Positions 61,917 to 64,000 of a DNA stretch of 64,000 nucleotides are shown here, piece after piece (position 1 is the first letter of the stretch; each line of letters begins with the position of its first letter). The DNA comes from Monocercomonoides exilis PA203 (taxonomy: Eukaryota; Protista; Preaxostyla). The stretch spans positions 620,001-684,000 of the forward strand of contig LSRY02000045.1 in the NCBI GenBank assembly GCA_001643675.2, read 5' to 3'. The notes under the pieces are model-generated. The model ran no database searches and was not told the DNA's origin. It saw only the letters and a program-made list of their open reading frames with translations. A program made the position numbers and the translations under genes.

Positions 61917-62288
61917 TTATTTTTTCTTTATGTTGAAATTTATTTTTTCTTTTTTGAGAACTGCTATTTGATCATCAAGCTCTTTTGCTCTTTCACGTCT
62001 CAATTTGAAAGTGTTTGCAGCTTCAATAATAGAATAAAGTTTCTGTTTTCTCAATTCTTTTCGTTCGTCATGTGTTTTAGAGAGTTGAACATCGTCATAT
62101 ATATTTTCGTCTATTGCATTTAAAAACTCTTGTTCTTGAATCTGTTGTTTTCCATAATCTTTCAACAGTTTCTTATTTTTTTGATAAGATCCTCTTCCAA
62201 AAGCAGGAATAACGTCAAGTCGAAATAATGTTTTCGCAAGTATTTCTGATGGCTTCAATTTCTTATTCTTAAAATTTTGTTTGCTCAT
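61917..62288 (-). CDS. Truncated duplicate of the first 115 codons of the 44409 ORF, carried in the right TIR
   Basis: Identical protein up to ..AVLKKEK, then 8 unrelated residues. Confidence 0.75.
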   Translation of the reverse strand: MSKQNFKNKKLKPSEILAKTLFRLDVIPAFGRGSYQKNKKLLKDYGKQQIQEQEFLNAIDENIYDDVQLSKTHDERKELRKQKLYSIIEAANTFKLRRERAKELDDQIAVLKKEKINFNIKKK

Positions 62289-64000
62289 TATTCCTAATTT
62301 TATAGAAATTTAAAAAATTTCGATTTTAAAAAATCTCTGTCATTTTCCCCCCACATAAATAGATCCTGTTTAATTTTAAAAATAAATATGAAAAAGGGTC
62401 CAATTTAATTTTTTAGAAGAACTGAAAGTTTTGGAAATTTTCAATATTTGGGATTTTGTTTTGTAATTGATTTGATTTCAATAATTATTATTATTGATTG
62501 ATTAATTTTAATTATCGATATCGATTAATTATTTATTGTTTAATTTTGATTGTCATTAAGCACTTTTCATTAAGCACTTTTCATTAAGCACTTTTCATTA
62601 AGCACTTTTCATTAAGCACTTTTCATTAAGCACTTTTCATTAATCACTTATCATTTATTATTGTGAATTAGATTTTGAATTTGAGTTCTAAATTCACTGC
62701 GAATTTGACTGCAGCGCAGCTATGAGTAACTCTGTCTCATATATCGCAAAGAGGCATGATTTATTTGATTTGACAAATGTTTGAAAATTTGTCGCCTCTA
62801 ACGGGTATTGAACCTTTGACCTTAATTATGAAAGGCCATGGTATAACCCTTAAGTTATGAAAGCTTAATAGAACTTAAACGAATTTAGCGGGTCAATTCG
62901 AATTGTTTTAGTCAAAACGTTTTTTGTCTATTTTAATGGTTTTGACTCAATCAATTCGGTTTTCTCTCAATCTAATTTGTGATCTAAAATACAAAAATTA
63001 TATATCAATTTTGATCAAAATTCTTTGAAGTTTTTTGTGTTTTCTGTTACAGAGCAGTTCATTTTTATTAATTTTTTGATATGTTTTTTATTTCATTGTT
63101 GCTTTTGTGTTTGAATGATATTTATTGATGATCACGAACAAAATGTCGATAAATTTGGTGATTGATATTTTGGTTTTTTCCATTGAAATACCACATTTTT
63201 TACTTATTCGCATTCATTGTAAGAGCCGTTGGTTTTGAAATAGTTGAGAAACTCACTGATTTAAGTTAATTTTTGTTTTTGATGGATATTTTCCTCAGAA
63301 CAATAAAGTTTGTTCATTTTTTTATGAGCAATGTGTGAAATTTAACGATTTTTATCATTTTTGTGTAATTATTTGAATAGATGTGTTTTCAATGAATAAT
63401 TTTGTTGTTTAAGTCATTTGAATCTGTGTTTTGCTTTTCTTTTTAATTTAATTTATTATAACATTGGTCTATTTTGATCATTATATTTGAACACTTCAAA
63501 TCAATAAATAATAATCAAAAGAATGATATACACTTTTATTTTTTGAATTCATTCTATTTTGACAGATAGAAAATTGAACAAAGGATTTTTAAAAGTGTGA
63601 AAACTTTAAAACTCCATTTTTTTCTAGAAGAAACATGAACATAATAATTTTTATGAAATAAACTTCATTTATAAATTCAAAATTGAAAATTTTTAAACTA
63701 TCATTTTTTTAATTTCATGGTGATCATGCACCCAGAATTGAATCAATTGGTCTTGACTCAATCAAAACGGTTTTAAGTCTCACTTTTTGGTTTTATATTT
63801 CACTTATTGGTATTAGTCAAATCGAATACCGCATTACTGAGTCATTTCGTTTTAGTTCTAATATAAATATGAGTTTTTCAAATTTGCTTTAATTTAAAAA
63901 AGAAAAAACATGAACTGACATTTTTATTATGAATTAAAAAAATGAACTGAAATAATTTAAAACAGTAAATATTTTGGATCACACTAAAGTATGTGAAAAA
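61944..64000 (-). repeat. Right terminal inverted repeat (runs off the window)
   Basis: Reverse complement of 42710-44753. Confidence 0.93.

Larger units (their letters stand above)
42569..64000. mobile_element. Endogenous Polinton/Maverick-like virus (~21.6 kb; right end predicted ~140 bp beyond the window)
   Basis: AGTAGT terminus at 42569; ~2.2-kb TIRs; pPolB, RVE integrase, A32-like ATPase, primase-SF3 helicase, capsid candidate. Confidence 0.95.

Overview
AT-rich eukaryotic (protist) genomic DNA. The gene families and composition resemble an oxymonad such as Monocercomonoides; this is an inference, not a search result. From left to right the window holds: (1) two GAATTC/TTCGAA minisatellite arrays and an intact ~3,600-aa secreted beta-helix-repeat surface protein with one TM helix and a C-terminal pseudokinase, plus decayed paralog fragments; (2) a degenerate DIRS-type tyrosine-recombinase retrotransposon (~16.7-22.6 kb, minus strand); (3) three MITEs spaced exactly 1,275 bp apart around a tandem duplication; (4) low-complexity decayed genes; (5) a decayed Sola2-like DDD transposase with a USP/C19 deubiquitinase domain inside its own reading frame (34.7-38.3 kb); (6) from 42,569 to just past the window end, a ~21.6-kb endogenous Polinton/Maverick-like virus with ~2.2-kb near-identical TIRs. 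The virus encodes pPolB, an RVE integrase, an A32-like ATPase, a probable major capsid protein, a protein VI-like amphipathic peptide and two intact bacteriophage tail-fibre/baseplate-like genes. Its AEP primase-SF3 helicase gene is itself bracketed by a 134-bp iteron-containing inverted repeat. Most core genes of the mobile elements carry in-frame nonsense codons.
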